Assembly (NCBI RefSeq): GCF_009914755.1
Contig: NC_060928.1
Direction: 5' to 3' (one strand)
Origin: the human T2T-CHM13v2.0 reference genome, Homo sapiens
Length of the DNA stretch: 64,000 nt
Position numbers and translations under genes: made by a program. This document shows positions 42,911 through 56,300 of the stretch, piece by piece; the first letter of the stretch is position 1; each line of letters begins with the position of its first letter. The notes under the pieces are model-generated. The model ran no database searches. It was not told the DNA's origin and was given only the letters and a program-made list of their open reading frames with translations.

Positions 42911-43369
42911 AAAATGTTCCATGTTTCTGCATGACTTACAAGCAGAGGCACTGATTGTGTTTGTTCTGGACTATTTTTACATGAATATCCATATAACACT
43001 TAGCCTTGGATGACAGACAATTACCTTCACTCTAGAGCATAGAGCAAGTTTCTGTCTGCCTCAGTATAACAAAGGTAAAGCTAGAAACTCTCATGTTCCC
43101 TAAACTCAAGGTCTCTCATTTGAAATGTAGCTCACTGAGTGTTGAGGTGTCATACAGCACTCTATTCATCACTATGTGGAAATTGGGACTTAGGGAACTT
43201 GGACAAATGTTAATTGTCTGGCTAGCGCTAATGCTGTAAAAAATAAAATTATTTGCCTCTAACCTAGCAGTGTCCTGTCTTCTGCAGCATTCACGAATTA
43301 AAGCAAGCTAACTGTATTAGATTTCAAGTACAGTGAAAATAGCAGATCTTTCTTTGACAGTTTTTGACA
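42911..43369 (+). mobile_element. ERVL-class LTR relic, MER76-like
   Basis: GCAGAGGCACTGATTGTGTTTGTTCTGGACTAT, GTTCCCTAAACTCAAGG, AATAAA, TGTCTTCTGCAGCAT...GCAAGCTAAC and a terminal ...TTTTTGACA. Family name from memory. Confidence 0.65.
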
Positions 43370-44847
43370 TATACACTCAGTAAAAGTGCACAAAACCAAA
43401 GAGCAACATAAATGCAAACATCAGGAAGAGAAAACTGTCAGATTACAATGAAATAAGAAAAAGTAGACTACAACTAAATTTCCATGATGTCTATGGCCAG
43501 AAGATAATAAAATGACATCATTAAGTCCTGAAAGAAAATAACTGGCAACACAGAGCTGATCAAAAGCATCCTTAAGATTCAAACAAATCTGCGAAAATTT
43601 ATTACCAGCAGATACAGAATGAAGGAATTCTAAAAGGTATTCTGACAACAAGTAAATGATTATAAATGGAAGGGCCTAGATGCAAGAATGATGAATAATA
43701 ACAAAATGTAAGCATGTGCCAAAATTATATTCAACGTTTATACAACAATGATAATATGTGTTGTTTGAAATATAGAGCTAATAAAAGAAAGCAATGATAT
43801 TTGGGTTTGGGAAAGAGTTACTGGTATCAAGTGTTCTAAGTTGATCTTTTTCTAGAAAGAGGGTTAAAGTAACAAATAACATTTTTAATATGAAAGGGAT
43901 GCATGCTATAATTTGTAGGGCAACCCTTTAAAAACTGATTATTTACTGACAAAAGAAAAGACAAAAAATTGAATTAAAATTCTTACTTCAAATATTCTTG
44001 ATATAGAAGAGACTCACAGAAGCTTAAACTAGAGGGTTATAGATTTTTTAAAATTCATCTTCACATAGAAAAATTTCTGTTAAAGTTTAAAGAAACTTGC
44101 ATATGTTCAAACTTTGATATGCAGTAAAATTTCTTGTAGACAAAGTAAAATTAAAACAAGTTCCTGTCCTGCTAAGATTGATAATGGTCTCCCAAACTAT
44201 CTTTGAATAGAGATGCTCAGAAGGCCCAAAAGCACACTTTACATTCATTTATAAAACTAAATATATTGCAGTATTTTAGAATCCTCTATATTACTACAAA
44301 TTAATATTCTTTTGTAAATGACATCATGTTAAAACATTTGACATTTGAAACACACCCACAAAAATCCTTAGGAATTTTTTTCAAAGCATAAAAAGATAAT
44401 ACATTATTTGTTAAATAATATTAGTAATAATAATTATGATAATCAAATTTTTTTCTTTACTGAACTAAGTCAAACATAAGGAAAAAGAAACAATAAAATT
44501 ATGTAATGATTACATTTAGGTGTAAGCTACTAATTCTTTAAAACTGTTGTTTCATGTATAGTAGTGGAGGGGTGCCCATATTTCTCTTGATTCTAGTTAT
44601 TAAACCAATGTAAAAATATGTTGAACCATTACAAATAGTTGATATTTATCCATTTTGACATGTTAAAATGAATATTTTATTTGATGTGTATTTTACTAAT
44701 ATTTCAAAAGTTTGGACGCCCTTAATAGATATTCTGTAAACCATAATGATCAAAATATTATTTTTCTGACACTCATATCCAGTAGCTTTTATTTTTCTGC
44801 CACTCATATCCAGTAGCTTTTAAGCATTTATTAAAAGAAACAACTAC

Positions 44848-45381
<534 letters not shown>

Positions 45382-45436
45382 TCACATATATGTGTATATA
45401 TGAAATATATTTACATACATATATAAATGATGATAA

Positions 45437-45496
45437 ATGAGCATATCATTTATTATCCAAACATAAGTAGGTTTGGATAATAAATGATATGTTCAT
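45437..45496. repeat. Fold-back palindrome: 26-bp stem, 8-nt loop
   Basis: ATGAGCATATCATTTATTATCCAAAC-ATAAGTAG-GTTTGGATAATAAATGATATGTTCAT; 25 of 26 pairs are Watson-Crick and the other is G:T. Confidence 0.95.
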
Positions 45497-45541
45497 GCCA
45501 TGTATGTATATATATGTTTAAATATATGGAGTGTATATATT

Positions 45542-45545
<4 letters not shown>

Positions 45546-45587
<42 letters not shown>
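45546..45587. repeat. (TG)14(TA)7 microsatellite within a TA-rich low-complexity block (45290-45590)
   Basis: Direct reading. Confidence 0.93.
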
Positions 45588-45588
<1 letters not shown>

Positions 45589-45720
45589 GGAGTCAGCATA
45601 TCATTTATTATCTAAACCTATTTATGTTTGAGAGTGAAAGGAATCAGTTTTCATAATTACCCTAAGGGAATAGTGTAAAACAGAATGGTTCCAGGAAAAC
45701 CAGAATGTATATCTAACCTT
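45588..45720 (+). mobile_element. MER81-like hAT-Blackjack MITE
   Basis: CATATCATTTATTATCTAAACC...TTTGAGAGTGAAAGG...ATAATTAC...CCAGGAAAACCAGAATGTAT...ACCT follows the recalled MER81 consensus. Confidence 0.7.
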
Positions 45721-48700
45721 TGAAAAAGCAATTGACTGTCCTTAATCAAAGGAGAATATTGTAGGAAAAAGAACAAGATAAGCAACATATTTCCTTCTTT
45801 CTAATTTGCTATTGGTGGAAGTCTATTTATAGTGAATGATCACTACTTTTCTTAGCCACTGAATGTGTGCCTATCATATACAGCACTTACATTTTTATTC
45901 TATGTCAAGCATGTGTTGTGGCATAGTTCCTAAAACACCTTAATATGCTTGAAAATTTTTATTGTAACATTTTTATTGCATAACAGTGTCAATTTTCAAA
46001 CTAAATATCTAAAGTAGACTTCCTCCTGTTTACTCATGTGTTACACCACTCAGTATTTATAACACATAAAGTTTATTAGACTGATTTTAATTTCAGACTC
46101 CAATACTGTAGCTATTACCATATAGGTAGTTAAATTATTTAAATCATCAGAAGCTAATGGTTAATAAATTACGTTAAAATTTTTAGTAAAATATTTATCA
46201 AGTCTGTATTTGCAAGTATATTTTGGTAATTTTTTTCCTCCTACAAACTGGTGGCACGAAAATACAAAACACTGTAAATGATGCTCACCTTAAACAAGCT
46301 GAGCAATGATTTAGGCCTCGATTATTTCTACCTGTTTCCTCAAGTGATAGCACGTTTTCATTCACAGCAGAGGGCAGAAAAAGAACCAATATTACTAATA
46401 AAGCTGTCCGGCCCTGTGGCCTGATGTCAGAACAGCCAAAGCAGATGCTGACTTCATCAGTATTTAAGAATTACAGGAGCTGAGAATGTTTCCTACTTCA
46501 GCATTGTTCCAGTTCTTTGAACCAACTGCCATGGATTCCTGGAGCTTGACCACATTACAATTTTCACACTTAGCAACTGTAAAATTGTTAAAGCGATATC
46601 TTTCCACACGGTTTATCCGTTATTACTGCTAAGTTTGGCATACCACCTTAGTTACGGGCTTTAAATGCCACTTTCATCACTTCCCAGGGCAACCTGGGCC
46701 ATGAAATCGGAAAATCAGATAATTTTCTGGTCCGTTTTCTTCTTTTTCTTTGGATGGCATTAGATTTTGCTACGCTTGACTGACAAATCTCATTTAGGAT
46801 TCAAGGAGAGGCCTGAGCCCTGACCTCTTTAAGAAGTGGGAGGTGAGATGTCTTAGGCAGTGATGAGGAAGAAAAGACCAATTTCAACTCCTCACATAAA
46901 GGTAATTAGTCATTAATTCACACTGTAAGACATAAATACTTGTGAATGTATAGAGTCTCTTAGTGTCAGGTCACAACATTATTTAAGATTCTTTAAAAAA
47001 TATCAATCATGTTCAAGGGTTTTCTCTGCATGTTTTGTTTTCCTTTCTAATTATATTTCTAGGTGTGTTAAATTGTAAAGCACAAAGCCCAAACCAATTT
47101 TATTTTTACCTAATTAAATGTAATCCACAATTAACAGGAAATATTCTTTTTTTTAGTAAATAAGCAATATGACATCAATATAGATACATTTCCCAGGGCA
47201 TATTAACTTAAGGTAAATTGCTTTATTATTTAGAAATGGACTGCTTAGTTGCTGGGTTGTATGCTTTCCCAATATTACCTACTTTTGGGGGCATTTATCC
47301 ATTTTAGATAGAAGAGCTATAGTTGGAGACAATGAAAATCACAGTTGTCAAGTGCCTCAAAATTAATGTCTCCCAGACATATTAATAAAATTAATACTTC
47401 TCTGAGTGGGGTAGGTTTACAATCTCAATGATGAGTTTAGGAATAAGTTGGGTTTTTGAAATCTATCTCCTCCTATGAAAATTTACATTAAGCTCATAGA
47501 AAGAAGAAACTCAATTGCATCTACTATGTGAATTTTGATGAGTAATTGGATCATTGTGTCATCTAAGCCATCTCCTTGCCTTCAAAGTCCTGTTCAACCC
47601 TGGAAGGTTGATTTAAATACAGAAACTTGGAAGAAGAATGATACCTTGAAGGACAACCTGGCTTAAAGTGACTGTTACTTTATGTTTTCTCCACCTAACA
47701 TTTTTTTTTCTAAACTTCTGTTACTCAATAATTGCATTTCAAGTAATTACTTTTGCATCATATTTTATATCACTGAAATTCTAGTTACTTCAAAAAGAAT
47801 ACTTGGTTGTCCTCAATTTCTCTTTTGGTAAATTTAGTTTCTGATTTGTTTCCAGTCAGTTCATGCCTCGAGTCAAATATCTGGTAAAAGAATAAGCAGA
47901 AATTCATCTCTAAAGTGTTATGTGTGAAGAAATGCGGATCACAGTAGCTGTACAAAGTGCTAAATAAATATTTGTGAAATATTGGGCCATCTCCCTTAAT
48001 CTCTCTGGCTGTATAAATATTGCAGTGCATATATTACATTTTCAGATGTAGGACCTCAAGTGTTTTGAAATAAATTATATATGGAGAGAGTCACAGTTGC
48101 CTAAAAATTTAAATAACTTATTTTTCCACAAAATGAAAGAACTTTCAGTAACATGGCAATGAGCCGCATCCTAATAGAAAACTCTAGTGAAGTTTGATTT
48201 CATTTTTTATATTAGCTACATTTCTGAGCAGCTGTACAAAGCAGACATATATAAAAAATTTAAGTCTCCAAATTTAATTACACTTTCATGAAGAATATCT
48301 CTTAGCAAAATATATTGTCTCTGGTATAAAAGAAAAATTACTACGTATCTACAAATTTCAGTGTTCATTTCAAAATGTACTATTATTTTCCCCTTGTGTT
48401 TCTTATTTCACATACCTTTTGAAGAGTCCAAGCAAGTAAGGAAAAAAAAAACTGAGAAACTTGTACTTTTGCTAATCTCAGAGTTCCACATTTTCACTTG
48501 AAAGCTTATATATAAAACATGAATATACTTATAATATATATAATTATATGTTATATATAATTAAAATATCTTTTCCATTTTATGTTGTTTTGCTTTTATT
48601 AATTACATGGGGCTTTATTATGTACTTGGCTATAATTTTGGCTAATCTATTTGAAATATAAATACTATTCAGCTACACTTTATTAACCAAATAATGATTA

Positions 48701-49691
48701 TTTATCAAGAATGTACAAAGTTAATTTTCATTAAATGTGAATAATGTGCTACAGTAGTTACAAGTGAGAAATAAGACAGTAATTGACTAAAATCTGATAG
48801 TTGAGGAAAAAAGGTTTTAAAAACAAAAATATAAATAATTATAATAAATGTATAATGTGGATTTTATTTATATTGTATTTCTATTCTTATAACTTTTTCT
48901 AGGTAATACTAATACTCAGTTTATATTTTATTCATAAACTATTCCCCTGTGTGTGGCCAATGAATGTCTCCATCATTAAACATCTTTTCATGTTAAATGT
49001 TTTTACTCTATAAAATGTTATCTAAGTACTATGATATGAATTAGAGAATTATTTTTCATAAAGTAAATATTTAGTGAGAATTTATCCTATGTCAACAATT
49101 ATTTTAAGGCCTATGTATATACTTGAGAGATAAACATCCTTGGTACTCAGACTCCATTATTCATAATCCATAAAATGTCTCTGTGCTACCACATAAGGTA
49201 ATGTTTCAGAGATGAGAAGAATTCACTTCTAGCTATAAAATGTTATCACTTCACCCCATACAACAGCAAAAAAAAAAAAAAAAAAGTACATGTTTTTGTC
49301 AGTTTTAAGGAAGTTTTGTCTTCTACACAGGTTATTTTAATCTTTTGAATATCTATGTTTCAACATGAATTCATTTCCAGTATACCAAAGTTGTCTCTTT
49401 TTTTAGTGGCATTCTAAAATGCTGAACATGTTTTGTCCCCCACCATTTTACTCCCATGTGTGTCCTTAGTAGCAATGGATATGTGTGTTCAGGTTTAGCA
49501 GATGAGAAATGAACAAGAAAAGGCTATGGAAGCTTGGAATGCACTGGGAAGAAATACCCGAGGGCTGTATTTGGGCACCCTACCATGAATGAAATCATTC
49601 ATTTGAAAATCGTGATTTTAAATATGTAGCCTGATTTCAAATCCTAAATTTACCTTACAAGAAAATGCCCACCTATCTGACTATGAGTATC

Positions 49692-49843
49692 AGATCAAAA
49701 CAAAAACTACCTAATAGGTACTAAGCTTAATACCTGGATGATGAAATAAGCTGTACTGCAAACACCCATGACACAAGTTTACCTATGTAACAATCCTGCA
49801 TATGTACCCCTGAACTTAAAATTTTTCTAAAAAAAAAAAAAAA
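49692..49843 (+). mobile_element. L1PA13-like extreme 3' end with poly(A)
   Basis: GGTACTAAGCTTAATACCTGGATGATGAAATAA...CCCATGACACAAGTTTACCTATGTAACAATCCTGCATATGTACCCCTGAACTTAAAAT. Confidence 0.88.
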
Positions 49844-51505
49844 CTCCATCTTCTGTTTTCTCCAAAGTTACTAGTTTTGTTTTCTTTTGAATTTCACATA
49901 TTACGTATTTTAACACATTTTTCGAAGCTGGGCTACTTCATCAGGCTCTTAAGAGATCACTGGAATATTGTGACAAGTGACAGTAATTGATTAGTGTGAA
50001 TTTTTATGTTAAAAATCATGAGGCCAAACTAGTGCTACAATGAGATATATACCATATTCAGACTGTCAAGTAGGAGTACTAGGATAACATTCAGGAGATA
50101 ATATTTTCGATTTGGCATTTTCAGCCTGTATTTATTTAGAAGCTCTTTTTTTATTTTCTTACAAGTTGTTTCCAAATAATCTAAAACAAAAAAGACTATG
50201 GAAAACATATAACAGCTTTCCAGATGTTCAGAAATGTATTTTCCCAAATAGTAGCCTTTCTTCATTCTATTCCAACTCTATTTTTAAATGGAATTAAAAG
50301 AATATTCCGATGCTGATGAATGTGTGCAGAATTCATCAATTCTTATTGATATTTTATAACATGAGAAAGATCTATACCCTAGATAAAATATCAGTAGCCA
50401 GTTCTGGTATGGACACACATCTTTCTACTGACACACCATTTCTGAAAAAGCATAAAGCCAATTGGATGGTAAGTGTGGATATGTTTATTTCACCACCAGT
50501 TGAATTAAATGGTACAGCCTCAAGAGACTTTGCATGAACTACTGTGATGTCAATAAAATGTTGTTTCATGAGTGTCAGGGCTTAGCCAGGGGCAATTCAC
50601 CCTCTCACTAGTGGAAGTCCAGCCACACGCTGGGAACACTGAGAAGAGTACACAGCAAGATTAGTAATAGCCTCAACATGACTGTATATAATTTTTCCTC
50701 TCCATGAAAATAGGCATGTAACAAGTGTGGGTAAAAAAGATATATGGAATTAAAAGCATTGAGATATATGGAATTCAAAGCATTAAGTTACGTTTCTATG
50801 ACTAACAATGTATTTGTGTTTAGTAAAACTAATTTCTCCAATGGGATCAGGTTCACAGTGATCCAAGTCACATGTGGAACAATTTCATATAATTTAGAGG
50901 ATTCTAAGTATTTTCTGATTACTATAGTAATATTAATTGTTAATTGTTTTAGTGTTAATGCTATTTTCAGCAAATAGAGCGTTATTTTCAGCATTATTAT
51001 TATTTTCAGCAAATAGAGCATTAGCTTCAGCACTTAGCTTGATTTTACTTTAACCATGTAAAATTGCTCTATGATATGTTATGATCCAGGAAAACAACTT
51101 GCTCCTTTTCATTGTCTAAGCTATCCCAATTATTGATGTTAGTAAAAATTCAGCTTTTTGTGGTCTAAAAAACATACTGTGTTCTAAATTCACGGAATGT
51201 TGCAAACTCATGGAATGAGTTTTCCTTCACTTCCTCTGTCAAAATATTATTAATGAATATAAAATTCTGTTTGTCCTTTATTCGGACAATTACGGGACTC
51301 ACTTTCTGTAGTTTCTTCTTCGATGAAGGTGTGATAAGGCTTAGAAATAGATTTTAAATAGGACTGATGTTTAACAGCATTATAATTTATATGGAATATT
51401 CTAGACTTGATTATTGGGACTAAAGATGAAACCAGATTTGGGGAAGGGGCATGGTGAGAGCAGCTGTGGGTTGTGGCTGAATGTATTTTGAACATCATTT
51501 ATACT

Positions 51506-51508
<3 letters not shown>

Positions 51509-51540
<32 letters not shown>
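51509..51540. repeat. (AT)16 microsatellite
   Basis: Perfect run, direct reading. Confidence 0.95.
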
Positions 51541-51542
<2 letters not shown>

Positions 51543-51719
51543 TCACACTTTGTTATTAACACTCCATCTTATTAACGTTTGGGCACATATACATTGGGAA
51601 TCTTTATGAAGCAGAAAGCATAATCTGTAACTAATGTATTGAAAAATTAAAGTTAGTTAAATACTTTTTCCAACTCTGATCCACAATAATTTAACAAGTA
51701 TTGTTTTTATAATTATTAT

Positions 51720-51960
51720 CATCATTGATTCAGCAAATATTTATAGGGTATCATGTGAAAATCTTTGATATAGGCACTGAAACCACACCAGTAAAGATAA
51801 GAGATATAAATCACCAAATTAAATTCATGAAGATTATCTCACTAAGTAATTATTCTAATAAAGCAGAGAGATTAGGGCAATGTGTATGTGGATAGGGGTC
51901 AAAACCCTGGGAAATTTGTAAAAAGTAAGATCTTATGAAGAAGTGAGATAAAGAGGGAGA
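51720..51960 (-). mobile_element. L2 3' fragment
   Basis: TCATTGATTCAGCAAATATTTATAGGG...TAGGCACTGA...CAGTAAAGATAAGA matches the antisense L2 tail. Confidence 0.55.
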
Positions 51961-52166
51961 CAAGTACACTTCAAGGAGCAAGAATACATAGATGCAGCAA
52001 GATTCTGGCAACCATCTGAGGCTTCAGAGGTGGATGAACAAGGGAAGGAGCTGTAAAGGGCTAGTGTAATGTGAGTTCAAAAACGAAAATGCAAAACAAT
52101 AGCAATGTTCCCAACATTAATGATTGGTCACTGAAATAATTCTGTGGATTCCAAGGTAAAATTCTT

Positions 52167-52457
52167 TTTTTTTTTTTAGACGGAGTCTAGCTCTGTCACC
52201 CAGGCTGGAGTGCAGTGATCTCAGCTCACTGCAACTTCCCTCCTCCTCCTGGGTTCAAGCGATTCTCATGCCTAAGCTTCCAGAGTAGCTGGGATTACAG
52301 GTGGGTGCCACCACACCCAGCTAACTTTTGTATTTTTAGTAGAGACAGGGATTCACCATGTTGGCCAGGCTGGTCTCAAACTCCTGACCTCAGGTGATCT
52401 GCCCACCTCAACCTCCCAAAGTGGCAGGATTACAGGTGTGAGGCACCACACCTGGCC
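52167..52457 (-). mobile_element. Full-length AluSx-like element
   Basis: Antisense Alu with CTCCTGACCTCAGGTGATC; TSD AAAATTCTT at 52158-52166 and 52459-52467. Confidence 0.96.
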
Positions 52458-52830
52458 CAAAATTCTTAATCTGTAGTACTCAGAAAATTTATTTCCATAT
52501 TTCTCCATTAAGTGTGTGTAAGTATGGTTATATGTGCATTTATCATTATTGGTAATGGTAACAGATCACACTTGCATCAAGTTACATTTAATGTATAAAT
52601 TTTTCACACTTCATTCATAAAAACTAAACCTAAAATGCATGCTGGAGTTGTTCAGAAGTAATAAAATAGAATATCATTAGGGTATTTCATTTATATCATG
52701 TCTTTCAGTTGGTCATTTTATTGGTCTTCATTTGAGATATGTGTATCTGTGTGCATGTGTATGTGTGTATAGTAGTGAATATCTTTATTCACTAAGCACA
52801 GTAGTATAGAATTTATTGCAAATTAATTTC

Positions 52831-53012
52831 TTTTTAATTATACTTTAAGTTTTAGGGAACATGTGCACAACCTGCAGGTTAGTTACATATGTATACATGT
52901 GTCATGTTGGTTTGCTGCACCCATTAACTCGTCATTTAACATTAGGTATATCTCCTAATGCTCCCTCCCTCCTCCCCGCACCCCACAACAGGCCCTGGTG
53001 TGTGATGTTCCC
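52831..53012 (-). mobile_element. L1PA3/4-like 3' end, about 180 bp
   Basis: TTATACTTTAAGTTTTAGGG...CAGGTTAGTTACATATGTATACATGTG...CCCATTAACTCGTCATTTAACATTAGGTATATCTCC. Confidence 0.92.
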
Positions 53013-53225
53013 AAATTCTTATTTTCATTTTACAAAAAATAGAAAATAATTATAGAAGGTTTGTTGCTGAAATTTAAATCCAGGTTTTCTGCTTGGGGAC
53101 CTGGCATTTTATTCAAGATGCCAATGCTTGCCCAAAGCAAATTTCTCATTTAAAAAATTCTTAAAAACAAAAGATAAGAATTATTTTAAGACAGTGATTT
53201 TTAAAGTGATTTTTTAAAACAGTAA

Positions 53226-53355
53226 TAGTGAGCATAGTACCCAACAGATAGTTTTTCAACCTTATCCCAAACTCCAGCAGCACACAACATATCCATGTAA
53301 CAAACCTGCATGTTTATGCCCTGAATCTAAAATAAAAGTTGAAATTAGGAAAAAA
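53226..53355 (+). mobile_element. L1PA15/16-like 3' end with 5' inversion
   Basis: 53226-53262 is antisense L1 (TAGTGAGCATAGTACCCAACAGATAGTTTTTCAACC). 53266-53355 is sense (CCCAAAC...CCATGTAACAAACCTGCA...CTGAATCTAAAATAAAAGTTGAAATT). Confidence 0.8.
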
Positions 53356-56300
53356 TCAAAATTAAGAAAAGTAAACAATTATCTCACATAAATTTATTTT
53401 CTCTCTTTTTAAAATAAACTTTCTCTGTGGTAAATATTTTGTGGTAAATTTCCCTATTTAGAATTTATTTTTCTCCAACCACTTTTTAAAATGTATTTAT
53501 TGTTCAACAATAATTTTTCAATTTAAAATCTGCTGAGTTACCATACTCATTCATAAGGTATCTAAAGCACACACAAAATGGAGAGACCCTTTTCATAAAT
53601 TTGACGATCATTTCAAAGTAAACACATAAGGATTTGAATGAAAGCACTTAAATTGTCAATTCCAACAGCTGTCACACCAGCAGTGGGCAGAGGACGCTCC
53701 CCATTCCCATCTGAGGGTGCACTCTGCAAGTGAAGGAGCTCCTCTTGGGCAGGAAATCATTTGTTTCAGGAAAAATTCCCGAAATCCTTCTCCCAACAGC
53801 AACTTTGAGGTTTCTCTGTGATGTCTCTGCAAAACAGTGTGACCACGGACATTTCACAGGGTCTTTCTTTTTAATAAATATTAACCAGCAGGCTCTTTAA
53901 GTAGGGTCCCCTACTGTGATGTGCATATGCAAAGGCCCATGAGCTTATGTGAAAATCCCTATGGGTCTATGAAGATACCATGGGTATTAGAAGGGCTTCT
54001 AGAAAATAAAAATAATAATGCCAGCAACTTCAGGGACCCTTAGTCTGAATTTATTAATATCTTATAAATGGAAAACAACATTTCTTTGCTGATTTTGTAA
54101 TTGCTGACATTTTTCTTTTACATGGTTGATTTCGGACAGAATAAAATGTCTCGATTACTGAAAAGGTGTATGTTTTACATGAGGATATTAGTTTTACAAT
54201 TTCTTATGTATATTTACAAAAGTAGAAGTGCTGACAGTTCCACAGCTGGTACATAAGGATATTACCTAAATCTGTAAACAATCAATGGGATATATAATCT
54301 CTCATTCACAAAAAAAGGTTGGCAGTTTAGTGAGAAAGCTTGATTTTTTATGACTGTGACATGTTGGGCTGGTGGGAAGAATTATAATTTATTGAACCCT
54401 GGAACCTACAGCTCATTCTTTTGAATAAAGTTGATTATTTCCAGCAATTACTCCCCAACACTTTCAGGAGATGAAAAATGATAATTTGACAATAGATATA
54501 TTCACATAAGATTTTTCATATAAGGAATTTCTGAAGGAAAATTGACACACTAATCCAGATACCTGTTTTGCATGTCTATAGCTAGTTTTCTATAAAAAAT
54601 TTAGTATTGTAATTTTCTGAAACTTGGGTTCCCTAGACAAAAGAATGCATAGCCATTGTCCCGTATCACAACTTAATTTTTCTCCATAAGAAACGGATAT
54701 TTTTTCCTTCTCTGTATTGTTCTGAAGATCTTTTCAAATAATTTTATTCTGAGAAATATGACATCTTCTCCTGATGACATGAATAATGAATACATTACAT
54801 GGAAATGTTTATCATTGTTAGGATAAACACGCTTATCCTTATATTTCATTTGCCCATCCCACTCTAGGAGAGATAGGGGAAGCCAATGCCATTTCTTTTT
54901 ATTTCTACTCACTGTCAGTTTTCTTTGTCCATCTCTAAGTTGAAAGTTGCATTTTAAGTCACTGGAGTTGAGAAATGACAAAGGTAATACAAAAGTCCCT
55001 AGCTTAACCCTGAATGTTTATGTTCACATAAGTATTCTAGACATAATTCCTGCCTGTTAAATGACTCAAATAATATTCTGAGGATAAACAAAATAATATA
55101 GAATATAGATTTTATGCTTTCAGTCCTTTGAAAAATTATTTCTAAGTAAAATGCAGTGATTTTGTTTTTGTTAAATGACTCCATGTTACTTGAATGCTCA
55201 AGTAACTTTTTGAGGATCCTCTGTCCATCCATGTTGAGTCTTTAAATCACTAATTCATAAACTCTTGTCTAGAATAAAAATCTCATATTGAGTAAAACAT
55301 AACTTTAAATCACTTCCATTAGTAAGTACAAGGCATTTATCGGTACCAATTAAGTATAGGAATTCATACTTTTTCTATCCCCGATAGGCTAGAAAGGTTT
55401 GACATGATGGAAAAAAAATTTCCTCCGTACCAACTGTAACATTTTTAAGGGACAAAAAACACAAACATTAAAAAAAAAACTATTCAGTCCCCTTGTTCTT
55501 AAAAATAAATGAGCTTTGTAAGATATTATTTATCTAAGAATGGGAAGACCTATCAAATGTCTATACTCATGACAGCAGCATCACTAGAATGCCAATCACT
55601 TTATTATGCAATCTGCCAGAAGCAAGTACAAAATACTGATGTTATTCACAGTCATAGGCATATAGGGTATCCAGGGTAGTCTCTCATTGTCCCTCTGTTC
55701 AGATCCATCATTCATAAGCATGGGCATCATTCATAGGCAGGGAGTAGACTGAGTGCAATGTGCTGAGGCATAACAGCTTAGCTGGCAGCTGTGTTTCTAG
55801 ATTTAGGCTGTTCACAGTGGTCCATTGATCACATGTTCACTTCCTAATTTCTTGCAAGTACATAAATGCAGGATTGAGTAAAAGCAGAAAGTGAGAGTAA
55901 CAGGAACATTAAGCCCCAGAAATTAAGACACATTGTATTGATTTAAATCTTTCAATGCCTGGACTCATCACCAAGTCCATGCACCTCCATTATACTAAAA
56001 GCCAAATACATATATTGATCTGTGGTATATTTCTTGGAAACCATAGGGTGGAATGAACCACAAGAGGTTGCAGAAGGGGAAACCATTCTAGGAAATAATT
56101 TTTAAGTAAGATTGATATACCAGAAAATTGAATATAAACATAAGTGCCTATAAAAATTTCTTTGCAGCTCTCAATACAGAAGAATTTGTCTAGACTCGCA
56201 TTGAGGTCTAATATTATACACTGAGACATTTCTAGTGATCATCCAAATCTGAAAATATTTGGAACTAACCTGATAAATGTCTGCAATCTAGATAACCCTG

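Noticed and set aside
46677-46760. Short minus-strand ORF MPSKEKEENGPENYLIFRFHGPGCPGK
   Set aside because: Only 27 aa, with no recognisable homology or convincing splice context.
53670-53860. GC-richer patch with CTCF-like (CCAGCAGTGGGC) and NF-kB-like words
   Set aside because: Both motifs mismatch at informative positions; too weak without chromatin data.
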